From: Neptunomonas sp.
Lineage (GTDB): Bacteria > Pseudomonadota > Gammaproteobacteria > Pseudomonadales > Balneatricaceae
Direction of reading: 5' to 3'
Length of the DNA stretch: 64,000 nucleotides
Assembly (NCBI RefSeq): GCF_016744175.1
Contig: NZ_JADGEV010000013.1
Span: 25,077 to 89,076 of the forward strand
Position numbers and translations under genes: made by a program
Part shown: piece by piece, positions 19,375-27,955 of the stretch
Layout: every line of letters begins with the position of its first letter
Position numbering within the stretch: position 1 is the first letter of the stretch
Notes under the pieces: model-generated
The model's database searches: none
What the model saw: only the letters and a program-made list of their open reading frames with translations
Told to the model about the DNA's origin: nothing

Positions 19375-20067
19375 TTAATTATGATTCTTTAAACACTGGA
19401 CATCTAAAACGTGCACGGTTAAACCTTTAACAGTGATGATCTCTTTATCTTTTAACTCATGCATGATGCGTGAGAATGTCTCAGGTTGCATTGCTAGGCG
19501 AGAGGCTATTAAACGCTTGGCCATAGGGAGCTTTATGGTAGCGCTTTGTACGGATAAATCAGGTATATGAGCTAATAAAAAGCGAATTAAACGATGGCGT
19601 GCGTTTTGTATGGTTAGGGTTTCAATTTCATTCAACCATACATGTAGTTTTTCGGCCATTTTTGCCAAAAGGCGCTTACAGCAGTCAGGATTCATAGCAA
19701 TGCTGTCCATATAAGCTTGGTTATTTATGGAAAGCACTTGTGTACAGCCAATGGCCTGTGCGCTGACAGGGTAACTACTGCCTTCCATAAACATAACGGC
19801 TTCAGCAAATGTTTGCTGGGGTTGGACAACCTCGATAATTTTCTCATTGCCATCTATAGAGAGTCTAAATAATTTTATCTTGCCCTCTAGCACTAGGTAA
19901 AAATTGTGAGCTGCATCTCCCTGCATAAAAAGATACTCATCATTTTTAAGTGATATGACGCGTGAATGCTCAGATAGTTGTGTGCTTATATCTGCTTCGT
20001 GAGCAGAAAAAAGTACATGCTTGCTTGCTATAGCCCAACTTTGTTCAAATGCTGGCTTAGATGTCAT
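19375..20067 (-). CDS. dnr: Crp/Fnr-family regulator of the Dnr (NO-responsive) subgroup
   Basis: Collinear with P. aeruginosa Dnr (FAEAVMFME, IETLTIQNARHRL, MQPETFSRIMHEL with the E--SR recognition motif). Lacks the N-terminal Cys cluster of FNR/ANR. Confidence 0.85.
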   Translation of the reverse strand: MTSKPAFEQSWAIASKHVLFSAHEADISTQLSEHSRVISLKNDEYLFMQGDAAHNFYLVLEGKIKLFRLSIDGNEKIIEVVQPQQTFAEAVMFMEGSSYPVSAQAIGCTQVLSINNQAYMDSIAMNPDCCKRLLAKMAEKLHVWLNEIETLTIQNARHRLIRFLLAHIPDLSVQSATIKLPMAKRLIASRLAMQPETFSRIMHELKDKEIITVKGLTVHVLDVQCLKNHN

Positions 20068-20167
20068 AAGAACATAAACCTAATTGGCAGTTAATTATTG
20101 CGTGTCATCACAGTAATTTGATATTAGGTTTAAGCATAAAGGATTATTAACAATTACGATAATTTTT

Positions 20168-20995
20168 TCACATGGCTTGTTTGATGTTTACTTCGCTATC
20201 GATAGAAAATTTTTCTGCTTCGTTTGGGAGCTGTCCCAGAATATTGGAGAGTGAAACAACGGAGCCGATAATGATAAGGCAGGGGGATTTCATTTTTCTA
20301 TCTAAACAACGTTTAGCAATGTTACTTAAGTTTCCTGTCAGTAATCGTTGTTGTGGTGTTGTGCCTCTTTCTATCAGAGCAACTTCGAGAGTAGAAGGGC
20401 AGCCATGGTTTAATAGCTGTTGAGTAATAGTCTCTAGTGCTCCTAATCCCATATAAAAAACAAGGGTTTGGTTTGGCGATGAAAAGGATGGCCAGTCTAA
20501 ATCTAGTTTTCCTTTTTTAAGATGCCCCGTAATGTACCGTACTGATTGAGCATGGTTGCGGTGCGTTAATGGTATGCCAACGGCTGCCGAGCAGCCTGCC
20601 GCTGCAGTGATGCCGGGTACTACTTCAAATGGAATGTTCGCTTCACAAAGAATTTCAGCTTCTTCTCCTCCTCTTCCAAAGGTATACGGATCTCCGCCTT
20701 TCAAGCGAATGATGCTTTTTCCTAAGTGGTACTGTTTAACGATTAAGTCATTTATTTCATCTTGAGGCAGGCTATGAAACCCAGCTTCTTTGCCGACAAA
20801 TAAGCAAAGCGCGTCCTTAGGTACATGTGACATGATTTCAGCAGACACAAGTCGATCATAAATAACGCAATCAGCACTCTGGATGAGGCGAAGTGCTTTG
20901 ACGGTAAGAAGGTCTGGATTGCCAGGGCCTGCTCCCACCAAAAAAACTTTGCGGTTTGTTTGCTTCTGAGTGCTTTGTAATATTGATGTAGGCAC
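20168..20995 (-). CDS. nirE: uroporphyrinogen-III C-methyltransferase (SUMT) for haem d1 synthesis
   Basis: VGAGPGNPDLLT.KA......ADV..YD.LV pattern. 275 aa. Lies beside the nir operon. Confidence 0.88.
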   Translation of the reverse strand: MPTSILQSTQKQTNRKVFLVGAGPGNPDLLTVKALRLIQSADCVIYDRLVSAEIMSHVPKDALCLFVGKEAGFHSLPQDEINDLIVKQYHLGKSIIRLKGGDPYTFGRGGEEAEILCEANIPFEVVPGITAAAGCSAAVGIPLTHRNHAQSVRYITGHLKKGKLDLDWPSFSSPNQTLVFYMGLGALETITQQLLNHGCPSTLEVALIERGTTPQQRLLTGNLSNIAKRCLDRKMKSPCLIIIGSVVSLSNILGQLPNEAEKFSIDSEVNIKQAM

Positions 20996-21029
20996 TTTTA
21001 TTCCTTTTCCGCTAATAAATCCAGATCGT

Positions 21030-21043
21030 TTGATGGTGATCAG
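21030..21043. promoter_or_regulatory. candidate FNR/Dnr box in the nirE-nirC divergent region
   Basis: TTGAT-GGTG-ATCAg, 9/10 match to TTGAT-N4-ATCAA. The box centre is 41.5 bp from the nirE ATG. Confidence 0.5.
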
Positions 21044-21069
21044 TATCCCCTTCTCTTTCGATGGAAAAA

Positions 21070-21083
21070 TTGTTAAAAGTCAA
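21070..21083 (+). promoter_or_regulatory. candidate FNR/Dnr box of the nirC operon promoter
   Basis: TTGtT-AAAA-gTCAA, 8/10 match. A -10-like tagtat at 21105-21110 places the box near -41.5, with the ATG at 21142. Confidence 0.45.
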
Positions 21084-21141
21084 GGAATCGAAATATTATA
21101 GGTTTAGTATCTGGAAAGTAATTTGTGATTAGGTATGTTTA

Positions 21142-21462
21142 ATGAAGGTTGGTTTTAGTTGGTTAATTCTTGCGGCCTCGATATTTCTAGTCTTGCCTGT
21201 ATCTGCCGATTCGTTATCAGCTCGCCAGCAGGAGCTTGAGCATCTTCTCAAGCATGACTGTGGTTCATGCCATGGAATGACACTGCAAGGTGGTTTGGGT
21301 TCTTCTTTACTACCGGGTGATCTAAAAGAACGTAGCGATGATGCTCTGTTTCAGGCAATAAAGCAGGGCTTGCCAGGGTTGGCTATGCCTCCTTGGGGGC
21401 CTTTACTCAGTGATAGTGATATTCATTGGTTGGTTGAGCGCCTAAGAAAAGGAAGTATGTAG
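21142..21462 (+). CDS. nirC: cytochrome c55X
   Basis: 106 aa with a signal peptide and a single CGSCHG haem site. Sits at the first position of the nirCFDLGHJ block. Confidence 0.85.
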   Translation: MKVGFSWLILAASIFLVLPVSADSLSARQQELEHLLKHDCGSCHGMTLQGGLGSSLLPGDLKERSDDALFQAIKQGLPGLAMPPWGPLLSDSDIHWLVERLRKGSM

Positions 21463-22661
21463 TGAAGCGTAGAACAGTACTAAGCAGTTTAGGTGTATTG
21501 GTTGGAGCGTCAACATTAAGCGCCTGTGCCCCCCTATCTAATGAACTTCAATTTAACGCTGCGCCAGCATTGTCTTTACGGGGAACCGGGGACTTAGCGG
21601 TAGCGATTGCGCGGGCAGATGGGAAAGTTGCAATAATTGATACAAGTCAAGAAAAAATCATTGCAGAGGTTCCCGGCTTGGGGGATTTGTCACATGCATC
21701 TATAGTGTTTTCTCGTGATGCTAGGTTTGCATTTGTTTTTGGTCGTGACGGCGGTTTGACCCGAATTGATATCCTTGAACAGAAAATAACACATCGTGTT
21801 ATTCAGGGAGGTAATAGTATCGGCGGAGCTATTAGTCAGGATGGATCACTGGTGGCTGTTTCGAATTATAAACCAGGCGGAGTAAAAGTATTCAGCAGTG
21901 CTGATTTGACTCAAGTAGCTGATATTCCGTGCGGCTCAAAAACAGTTGGATTAGTCGATGCCCCAGGACAACGGTTTGTATTTAGTTTGTGGGATAAAAA
22001 TGAAATTTGGATTGCCGATTTCAGTAAATCTCCTTTCGAAATTACCCGCTTCGAAGATATCGGTCGCAATCCTTATGATGCGCTGATTACACCGAATGGC
22101 CGTTATTATATGGCAGGGTTGTTTGGTGAAGATGGTATGGCGCAGTTGGATTTATGGCATCTGGAAAAGGGTGTGAAGCGCGTTCTGCCAAACTATGGGC
22201 GTGGAGAAGAAAAGCTACCTGTATATAAAATGCCTCACCTTGAAGGGTGGGCTATCGCTTCTGGCAGAGCCTTTATTCCCGCGGTGGGGCGTCATGAAGT
22301 GTTAATTCTGGATACGCGCACCTGGCAAGAAGTAGGGCGAATTCCTGTTTTGGGGCAGCCTGTATTTGTTATGGCTCGCCCAGACGGGCGGCAAATATGG
22401 GTGAACTTCGCACATCCAGATAACAGTCATATACAAGTATTTGATTCTGAAACACTCGAGCCGCTGGAGCATTTGCAGCCTGGCTTGGGTGTGTTGCATA
22501 TGGAGTTCTCTCCGCGAGGTGAGAGTGTCTGGGTATCGGTTCGTGATAAACATCAAATTAACCAATACGACACAGAGAGCTTCCAATTAAAAACACAACT
22601 ATCTTTGCCTAGCCCTAGTGGTATTTTCATGACTGCACGAGCACATATGATCGGTCTGTAG
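21462..22661 (+). CDS. nirF: haem d1 biosynthesis protein NirF (cd1-like beta-propeller, no c-haem)
   Basis: 399 aa, paralogous to the d1 domain of NirS/NirN in this window. Lipobox LSAC at residues ~19-22. The GTG start overlaps the nirC stop by 1 nt. Confidence 0.85.
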   Translation: MKRRTVLSSLGVLVGASTLSACAPLSNELQFNAAPALSLRGTGDLAVAIARADGKVAIIDTSQEKIIAEVPGLGDLSHASIVFSRDARFAFVFGRDGGLTRIDILEQKITHRVIQGGNSIGGAISQDGSLVAVSNYKPGGVKVFSSADLTQVADIPCGSKTVGLVDAPGQRFVFSLWDKNEIWIADFSKSPFEITRFEDIGRNPYDALITPNGRYYMAGLFGEDGMAQLDLWHLEKGVKRVLPNYGRGEEKLPVYKMPHLEGWAIASGRAFIPAVGRHEVLILDTRTWQEVGRIPVLGQPVFVMARPDGRQIWVNFAHPDNSHIQVFDSETLEPLEHLQPGLGVLHMEFSPRGESVWVSVRDKHQINQYDTESFQLKTQLSLPSPSGIFMTARAHMIGL

Positions 22662-22678
22662 GGCGAACGGAGGACGTG

Positions 22679-23125
22679 ATGGAACTAACTGCAAAGCAAC
22701 GCTTATTGTTAAATCAGTTTCAGCAAAAATTGCCAGCTAGTACCACGCCATATGCCGATATGGCTGAAGCTTGTGGCATGACAGAGGCTGCCGTTTTGGT
22801 GCAGCTTGAACAGTGGAAAGAACAAGGTGTACTTAGTCGGGTTGGCGGCGTTCTTAATCACCGCAAAGTGGGTGCCAGTACATTAGCTGCATTGGCTGTG
22901 CCGGATAACTGCTGTGATGAAGTGGCACAACAGGTGAGTGAGTATCAGCAAGTAAATCATAATTATAAACGTACTCATCGCTATAATATTTGGTTTGTTG
23001 TTACGGGGCGTGATGATGCAGAAATTGATCATGTGTTAGGAGATATAGCGCAGCGAACTGGTTATACACCCTTGAATTTGCCGATGCTGCAGCCGTTCCA
23101 TCTTAATTTGGGGTTTGCATTATGA
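22679..23125 (+). CDS. nirD: sirohaem decarboxylase subunit NirD (Lrp/AsnC-like)
   Basis: ~150-aa Lrp/AsnC-like fold with the NHNY.R..R.N.WF signature shared by NirD/L/G/H. GGAGGA lies 4 nt upstream of the ATG at 22679. Confidence 0.85.
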   Translation: MELTAKQRLLLNQFQQKLPASTTPYADMAEACGMTEAAVLVQLEQWKEQGVLSRVGGVLNHRKVGASTLAALAVPDNCCDEVAQQVSEYQQVNHNYKRTHRYNIWFVVTGRDDAEIDHVLGDIAQRTGYTPLNLPMLQPFHLNLGFAL

Positions 23126-23694
23126 AAGCACTCGCGCCTTCGTTAAGTGTTATTGATTTAGCGTTATTGCACCAGTTACAAGAAGGCTTGCCTTTATGTG
23201 CACACCCTTATGAGGCATTGGCTAAAGAGCTTGGATGTAGTGAAGAGCTGCTGGCTGAAAGGTTAGCTTTTTTACAGCAGGATAATCAGGTGCGTCGTAG
23301 TGGGTTGATTATCCGTCACCGCCCTTTGGGTTTTAAAGCTAATGCTATGGTGGTGTGGAATCTTCCAGATTGTTCGCTGAAGCAACAGGCTGAGAAACTT
23401 GCTGCTGAAGAGTGTGTCACCCTTTGTTATGAGCGCCCACGTAGGCTGCCGGACTGGCCATATAATTTATTTACTATGATTCATGGGCGTGACGAAATAC
23501 AAGTACGGGAACAGTTACAGCAAATACTCGAGCGTTTTTCATTGCAGCATATTCAGCATGAACTGTTATTTAGTGAATACTGTTATAAGCAGCGTGGAGG
23601 GCGATACCTGCATACTGACAAGGCTCCAATGGGGCCTGTTTATAGTCGCCATAATGTTACCTGTGGCGTAAGTGAGATGGCTCTTAATGGATGA
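23122..23694 (+). CDS. nirL: sirohaem decarboxylase subunit NirL
   Basis: Second member of the DLGH set. ATGA overlap with nirD. P..PYNLF.MIHG pattern. Confidence 0.82.
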   Translation: MKALAPSLSVIDLALLHQLQEGLPLCAHPYEALAKELGCSEELLAERLAFLQQDNQVRRSGLIIRHRPLGFKANAMVVWNLPDCSLKQQAEKLAAEECVTLCYERPRRLPDWPYNLFTMIHGRDEIQVREQLQQILERFSLQHIQHELLFSEYCYKQRGGRYLHTDKAPMGPVYSRHNVTCGVSEMALNG

Positions 23695-24130
23695 TTTTGA
23701 TCGAGCGCTAATCAATCAGTACCAAGGCGGTTTTCCGTTAACTTCACAACCTTTTTTACAGCTTGCTGAACAGTTTGGTTGTACGGAAGATAAAGTAATT
23801 ACACGTATAGAGTCATTGCTTGCTGACGGAACACTGACGCGTTTTGGCCCGTTGTATGATGTTGAAGTATTTGGTGGGCTGTTTGTATTGGCCGCGATAG
23901 AGGTGCCTGAAAACCGTTTTGAAGAAGTGACAGGAATTGTTAACGGCTTTAGTGAAGTTGCTCATAATTATGCACGTAATCATCGCTTAAATATGTGGTT
24001 CGTGATTGCTTGCGAGGTGGCAGAGCAGGCTGCAAGGACTATTACAGACCTAGAAGGTGCGACAGGTCTAAAAGTGTATGCTTTTCCTAAAGAAGAAGAG
24101 TTCTACATCAATCTTAGATTTGAGGTTTGA
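23687..24130 (+). CDS. nirG: sirohaem decarboxylase subunit NirG
   Basis: Starts MDDFDRALINQYQGGFPL, as Pseudomonas NirG does. AHNYARNHRLNMWF signature. 8-nt overlap with nirL. Confidence 0.82.
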   Translation: MDDFDRALINQYQGGFPLTSQPFLQLAEQFGCTEDKVITRIESLLADGTLTRFGPLYDVEVFGGLFVLAAIEVPENRFEEVTGIVNGFSEVAHNYARNHRLNMWFVIACEVAEQAARTITDLEGATGLKVYAFPKEEEFYINLRFEV

Positions 24131-24139
24131 GGGTTAAAC

Positions 24140-24658
24140 ATGAGTCAGATTGAGTTGACTGAATTACAACGCCGATTGGTAATAGAGACACAAAGTGGTT
24201 TACCTTTGGTGGCAAAACCTTATGCGCAAATTGCAGCGACTTTAGGTTGCAGTGAAGAGCAGGTATTAGCGGATATGTCGTTGCTACTGGAAAAGGGTGT
24301 GATCCGCCGTATTGGTTTAGTTCCCAATCACTACCGTTTGGGTTATACGCATAATGCGATGACGGTTTGGGATGTGGATGATGCTCATGCCTCTGCATTA
24401 GGGGAAAAGGTAGGTGCGCTAGCATTCGTTAGTCATTGTTATTTGCGTCCACGGCACTTGCCATTATGGCCTTACCGTTTGTTTGCGATGGTGCATGGGA
24501 AAACCGAGCAAGACGTCGAGCAACAAATCGCATGCATTCATGAGCTATTGGGTGATCATTGCCGTCAGGCTGATCGCCTTTATAGTAGCAAAATTCTTAA
24601 GAAGACCGGAATGCGGCTCAAGCCCAAGTTCGTGCCTTTGCCTGTAGAGAAAAATTAA
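24140..24658 (+). CDS. nirH: sirohaem decarboxylase subunit NirH
   Basis: Fourth Lrp/AsnC-like paralogue (LPLWPYRLFAMVHG). Confidence 0.82.
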   Translation: MSQIELTELQRRLVIETQSGLPLVAKPYAQIAATLGCSEEQVLADMSLLLEKGVIRRIGLVPNHYRLGYTHNAMTVWDVDDAHASALGEKVGALAFVSHCYLRPRHLPLWPYRLFAMVHGKTEQDVEQQIACIHELLGDHCRQADRLYSSKILKKTGMRLKPKFVPLPVEKN

Positions 24659-24667
24659 GGAGTTGCA

Positions 24668-25852
24668 ATGTTCCGCTTAAGTCAGTTTGTAAGAGAGTTA
24701 CTAGAGCCCGGCAGTCAGCGCAAGCCGGGTACACCACCAGGTCCTGTCGTTATTTGGAATCTTATCCGGCGTTGTAATTTGCTTTGTAAGCACTGCTATT
24801 CGATTTCTGCTGATACAAATTTCAAGGGTGAGCTAAACACCGAAGAAGCGTTAACAGTATTGAATGATTTAAAGCAGTTTAAAGTACCCGCGTTGATTCT
24901 GTCGGGTGGTGAGCCGCTTATGCGCCCGGACATTCATCAAATTGGTAAAGCGGCAAAAGCATTGGGAATCTACACGGGGTTGTCGACTAACGGTACTTTA
25001 ATAAATGAATCGAACATCGATGAGATAGCAGAAGCGGGTTATGACTATGTGGGTATTAGCCTAGATGGTTTGAAAGAAACTCACGATGCTTTTCGTCGTA
25101 AAGACGGCGCTTTTGATGCGTCTTTACATGCTGTTAAGTTATGTATGGCTGCAGGAATCAAAGTAGGGCTTCGTTTTACTATCACTGCTGGAAATTCGCA
25201 TGAATTACAAGATTTAGTGAAGTTGAGTGAAGATCTGGGCGTTGACAAGTTTTACTTATCTCATCTGAACTATGCAGGGCGTGGCAATAAAAACCGCGGA
25301 GAAGATGCTTTCCACCGCACGACTCGTGAAGCAGTGGATATGCTAATTGAGCAGGCTGTGTTGGATCATAAAAATGGTTTTCTGCGTGACATTGTTACGG
25401 GTAATAATGATGCGGATGGTGTTTACCTATACCAATGGGCGCAAAAGCATTTTCCTGAGCGTGCAGAAGGGTTGCGTGAGCAGTTAATTGCTTGGGGTGG
25501 AAACCAGTCAGGCCGTTATATATCGAATATTGATAATTTAGGTAATGTTCATCCTGATACTTTTTGGTGGGAACATTCTCTTGGAAATGTCCGTGAAAAA
25601 CCTTTTTCTGAGATATGGGCTCACTCGGATGATCAGCTTTTAAAAGAATTCCGTATGCAACCTCGCCCTTTAAAAGGCCGGTGTGGTGCTTGCGAGCATA
25701 AGAGTATCTGTGGTGGTAATACCCGTGTAAGAGCATGGAAACTGCACGATGATCCTTGGGCGGAAGATCCAGCTTGTTACCTGACAGATGAAGAAATTGG
25801 TGTGGACTCCAGCCAATTTGCTGAGAGGATCAATGTGGAGAGCATGGCATGA
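24668..25852 (+). CDS. nirJ: radical-SAM haem d1 biosynthesis enzyme NirJ
   Basis: CNLLCKHCY (CX3CX2C) cluster, an auxiliary C-terminal Cys-rich region (GRCGACEHKSICGG), AAGGAG RBS. Confidence 0.9.
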   Translation: MFRLSQFVRELLEPGSQRKPGTPPGPVVIWNLIRRCNLLCKHCYSISADTNFKGELNTEEALTVLNDLKQFKVPALILSGGEPLMRPDIHQIGKAAKALGIYTGLSTNGTLINESNIDEIAEAGYDYVGISLDGLKETHDAFRRKDGAFDASLHAVKLCMAAGIKVGLRFTITAGNSHELQDLVKLSEDLGVDKFYLSHLNYAGRGNKNRGEDAFHRTTREAVDMLIEQAVLDHKNGFLRDIVTGNNDADGVYLYQWAQKHFPERAEGLREQLIAWGGNQSGRYISNIDNLGNVHPDTFWWEHSLGNVREKPFSEIWAHSDDQLLKEFRMQPRPLKGRCGACEHKSICGGNTRVRAWKLHDDPWAEDPACYLTDEEIGVDSSQFAERINVESMA

Positions 25853-27405
25853 GGTTGGCGCTTAAAACTGGATGGGGGCTGGTTATTGCTGGCTCGCTTT
25901 TAGCGACAACCGTAAATGCAATGGTTACTCCTGAGGCCGCTAAAAGCTTGTATCAGGAACAATGCGCTGCATGTCATCATGCTGAACGTTTGGGTGGTAT
26001 TGGCCCAGCGCTTTTTCCGCAAAATCTTAAACGTTTACGTCAGAAGCAGGCCATCGAAGTCATTACGAATGGTCGAGCTGCTTCTCAAATGGAAGGGTTT
26101 GGGGAACGCTTGAGTACAGAACAAATAGCAGCAATTACAGACTTTATTTATTCTAAGCCTGCTCAGGTGCCACGTTGGGATGATGCTGATATTAAAGCAA
26201 GCCAAGTGGTGAGTTACCCTTTTGGTTCGTTACCTGATGAAATGAAATTTGTAGCTGATCCTATGAATCTTTTTATCGTGGTAGAAATTGGTGACCACCA
26301 TGCGACGCTACTTAATGGTGACACTTTTGAACCTATTCATCGCTTTAAAACGCGTTTTGCTTTACATGGGGGGCCAAAATTCTCACCAGATGGGCGTTAT
26401 GTATATTTTGCTTCTCGTGATGGTTGGGTGAGTAAATTTGATATTTATAACTTAAAAGTTACCGCAGAGATTAGAGTTGGTTTAAATACTCGCAATATCG
26501 CGGTTTCAAGTGATGGTCAGTATGTACTTGCGGGCAATTACTTACCGCATAGTATGGTGCTGCTTGATGCTCGGGATTTGACGCCGATAGAGCGAATTGA
26601 TGTTGAGAATGAAGCAGGAGCAAGTTCTCGAGTTAGTGCCGTTTATAATGCGCCATCTAGAAGCAGTTTTGTAGCTGCGCTTAAAGATCTTTCAGAAATT
26701 TGGGAGTTTTCTTATGCTGACATTAAACAACCTGTAGATTCTGCCGCAACGCGCGCGACGCTACCTGCAAGACGCATAACTATAAGCGATTATCTTGATG
26801 ATTTTTTGTTTGATCCTGATTATGACTTAGTGATGGGAACTACAAGACCAAAACAAGAAGGGAAAAAGCGTTCAGCTCAGGGGCAAGTGATTTCTTTAGA
26901 TAGCGGTGAGCGTAAGGCAACCTTAGATCTTGCAGGTATGCCGCACCTTGGGTCAGGTATTAGTTGGGCTTATAACGGCCGTAGAGTTTTAGCAACGCCT
27001 AACTTAAGCACCAGTGAAGTCAGTATTATTGATATGGACAGTTGGGAAACGATTAAAAATATTCCAACTGAAGGTCCTGGTTTTTTTATGCGAAGTCATA
27101 AAAATAGCCCCTATGCGTGGGTGGATGTCTTTTTTGGCCCTGAAAAAGAGGCTGTGCATATAATTGATAAACAGACATTGGAAATTGTTAAAACTTTGCG
27201 CCCGGCAGTAGGTAAAGTCGCCGCACATGTTGAGTTTACAAAAGATGGTCGCTATGCGCTTCTTAGCATCTGGGATATGGATGGAGCGGTGATTGTTTAT
27301 GATGCTCAAACCTTGGAAGAGGTGAAACGTATCCCGATGGTAAAACCATCAGGAAAGTATAATGTCTGGAATAAAACCCGCTATGAAGAAGGAACGAGCC
27401 ATTAA
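25849..27405 (+). CDS. nirN: cytochrome cd1-like dihydro-haem d1 dehydrogenase NirN
   Basis: 518 aa with a signal peptide, one CAACHH c-haem site and a NirS-like propeller (SGKYNVWNK C-terminal pattern shared with NirS). ATGA overlap with nirJ. Confidence 0.85.
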   Translation: MRLALKTGWGLVIAGSLLATTVNAMVTPEAAKSLYQEQCAACHHAERLGGIGPALFPQNLKRLRQKQAIEVITNGRAASQMEGFGERLSTEQIAAITDFIYSKPAQVPRWDDADIKASQVVSYPFGSLPDEMKFVADPMNLFIVVEIGDHHATLLNGDTFEPIHRFKTRFALHGGPKFSPDGRYVYFASRDGWVSKFDIYNLKVTAEIRVGLNTRNIAVSSDGQYVLAGNYLPHSMVLLDARDLTPIERIDVENEAGASSRVSAVYNAPSRSSFVAALKDLSEIWEFSYADIKQPVDSAATRATLPARRITISDYLDDFLFDPDYDLVMGTTRPKQEGKKRSAQGQVISLDSGERKATLDLAGMPHLGSGISWAYNGRRVLATPNLSTSEVSIIDMDSWETIKNIPTEGPGFFMRSHKNSPYAWVDVFFGPEKEAVHIIDKQTLEIVKTLRPAVGKVAAHVEFTKDGRYALLSIWDMDGAVIVYDAQTLEEVKRIPMVKPSGKYNVWNKTRYEEGTSH

Positions 27406-27415
27406 TAGATGAGCT

Positions 27416-27736
27416 CTATTCAACAATGACGGTGGCCTTCATCTCTGGATGAGGGCCGCAGCGATAAGGGAATTCGCCTGATTGATTGAAGGTCCTTTCA
27501 TAACGGTCACCTGGGAATAAGTAATCGGGTTGTTTCGCATCAAACTGTTCAAACCAAACATTATGGTATTGACGTTTTTCCTTATTGACCCATACGATAG
27601 TATCGCCACTTTTTATGGATATTATCTTGGGAATAAACTCGAATTTATAGATGCTTACCTCGACGATATCGGCTTGTACGCTAAACGTGATTAGCAATGA
27701 AATGGCTCCTGCCATTAAGGTTTGATATGTCTTCAT
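27416..27736 (-). CDS. small periplasmic type-1 copper protein (amicyanin-like cupredoxin)
   Basis: Signal peptide ending VQA. Ligand motifs DTIVWVNKEKRQYHNVWF (His) and CGPHPEM (Cys-X2-His-X2-Met) match the short amicyanin loop CTPHPFM. The mature protein is ~84 aa. Confidence 0.8.
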   Translation of the reverse strand: MKTYQTLMAGAISLLITFSVQADIVEVSIYKFEFIPKIISIKSGDTIVWVNKEKRQYHNVWFEQFDAKQPDYLFPGDRYERTFNQSGEFPYRCGPHPEMKATVIVE

Positions 27737-27819
27737 AACCCGCTCCGATTATCTTTATTTACCATGTCATAAGTAAACGTAAGTTTTTAATCTGATTGAG
27801 TCAATAAAATAACTTAAAG

Positions 27820-27833
27820 TTGACCTTTATCAA
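27820..27833. promoter_or_regulatory. FNR/Dnr box between the cupredoxin gene and nirS
   Basis: TTGAC-CTTT-ATCAA, 9/10 match. The centre is 129 bp upstream of the nirS ATG and 90 bp upstream of the cupredoxin ATG. Confidence 0.6.
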
Positions 27834-27955
27834 GTGCATGTTGCCTTGGGTTATTTAACATGTACCAGTCTGTTCAACTCTTGTTGGTTTTATACGTTCA
27901 GGGGATGAACATAAGAACAATAATCTCCGCAAAAGCGGAAGAGGAGAATTAGAGA

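Noticed and set aside
20098-20111. An FNR/ANR-like sequence, TTGcG-TGTC-ATCAc, lies upstream of dnr.
   Set aside because: It is only an 8/10 match, and its centre is ~37 bp from the dnr ATG. A class II promoter would then start transcription downstream of the start codon.
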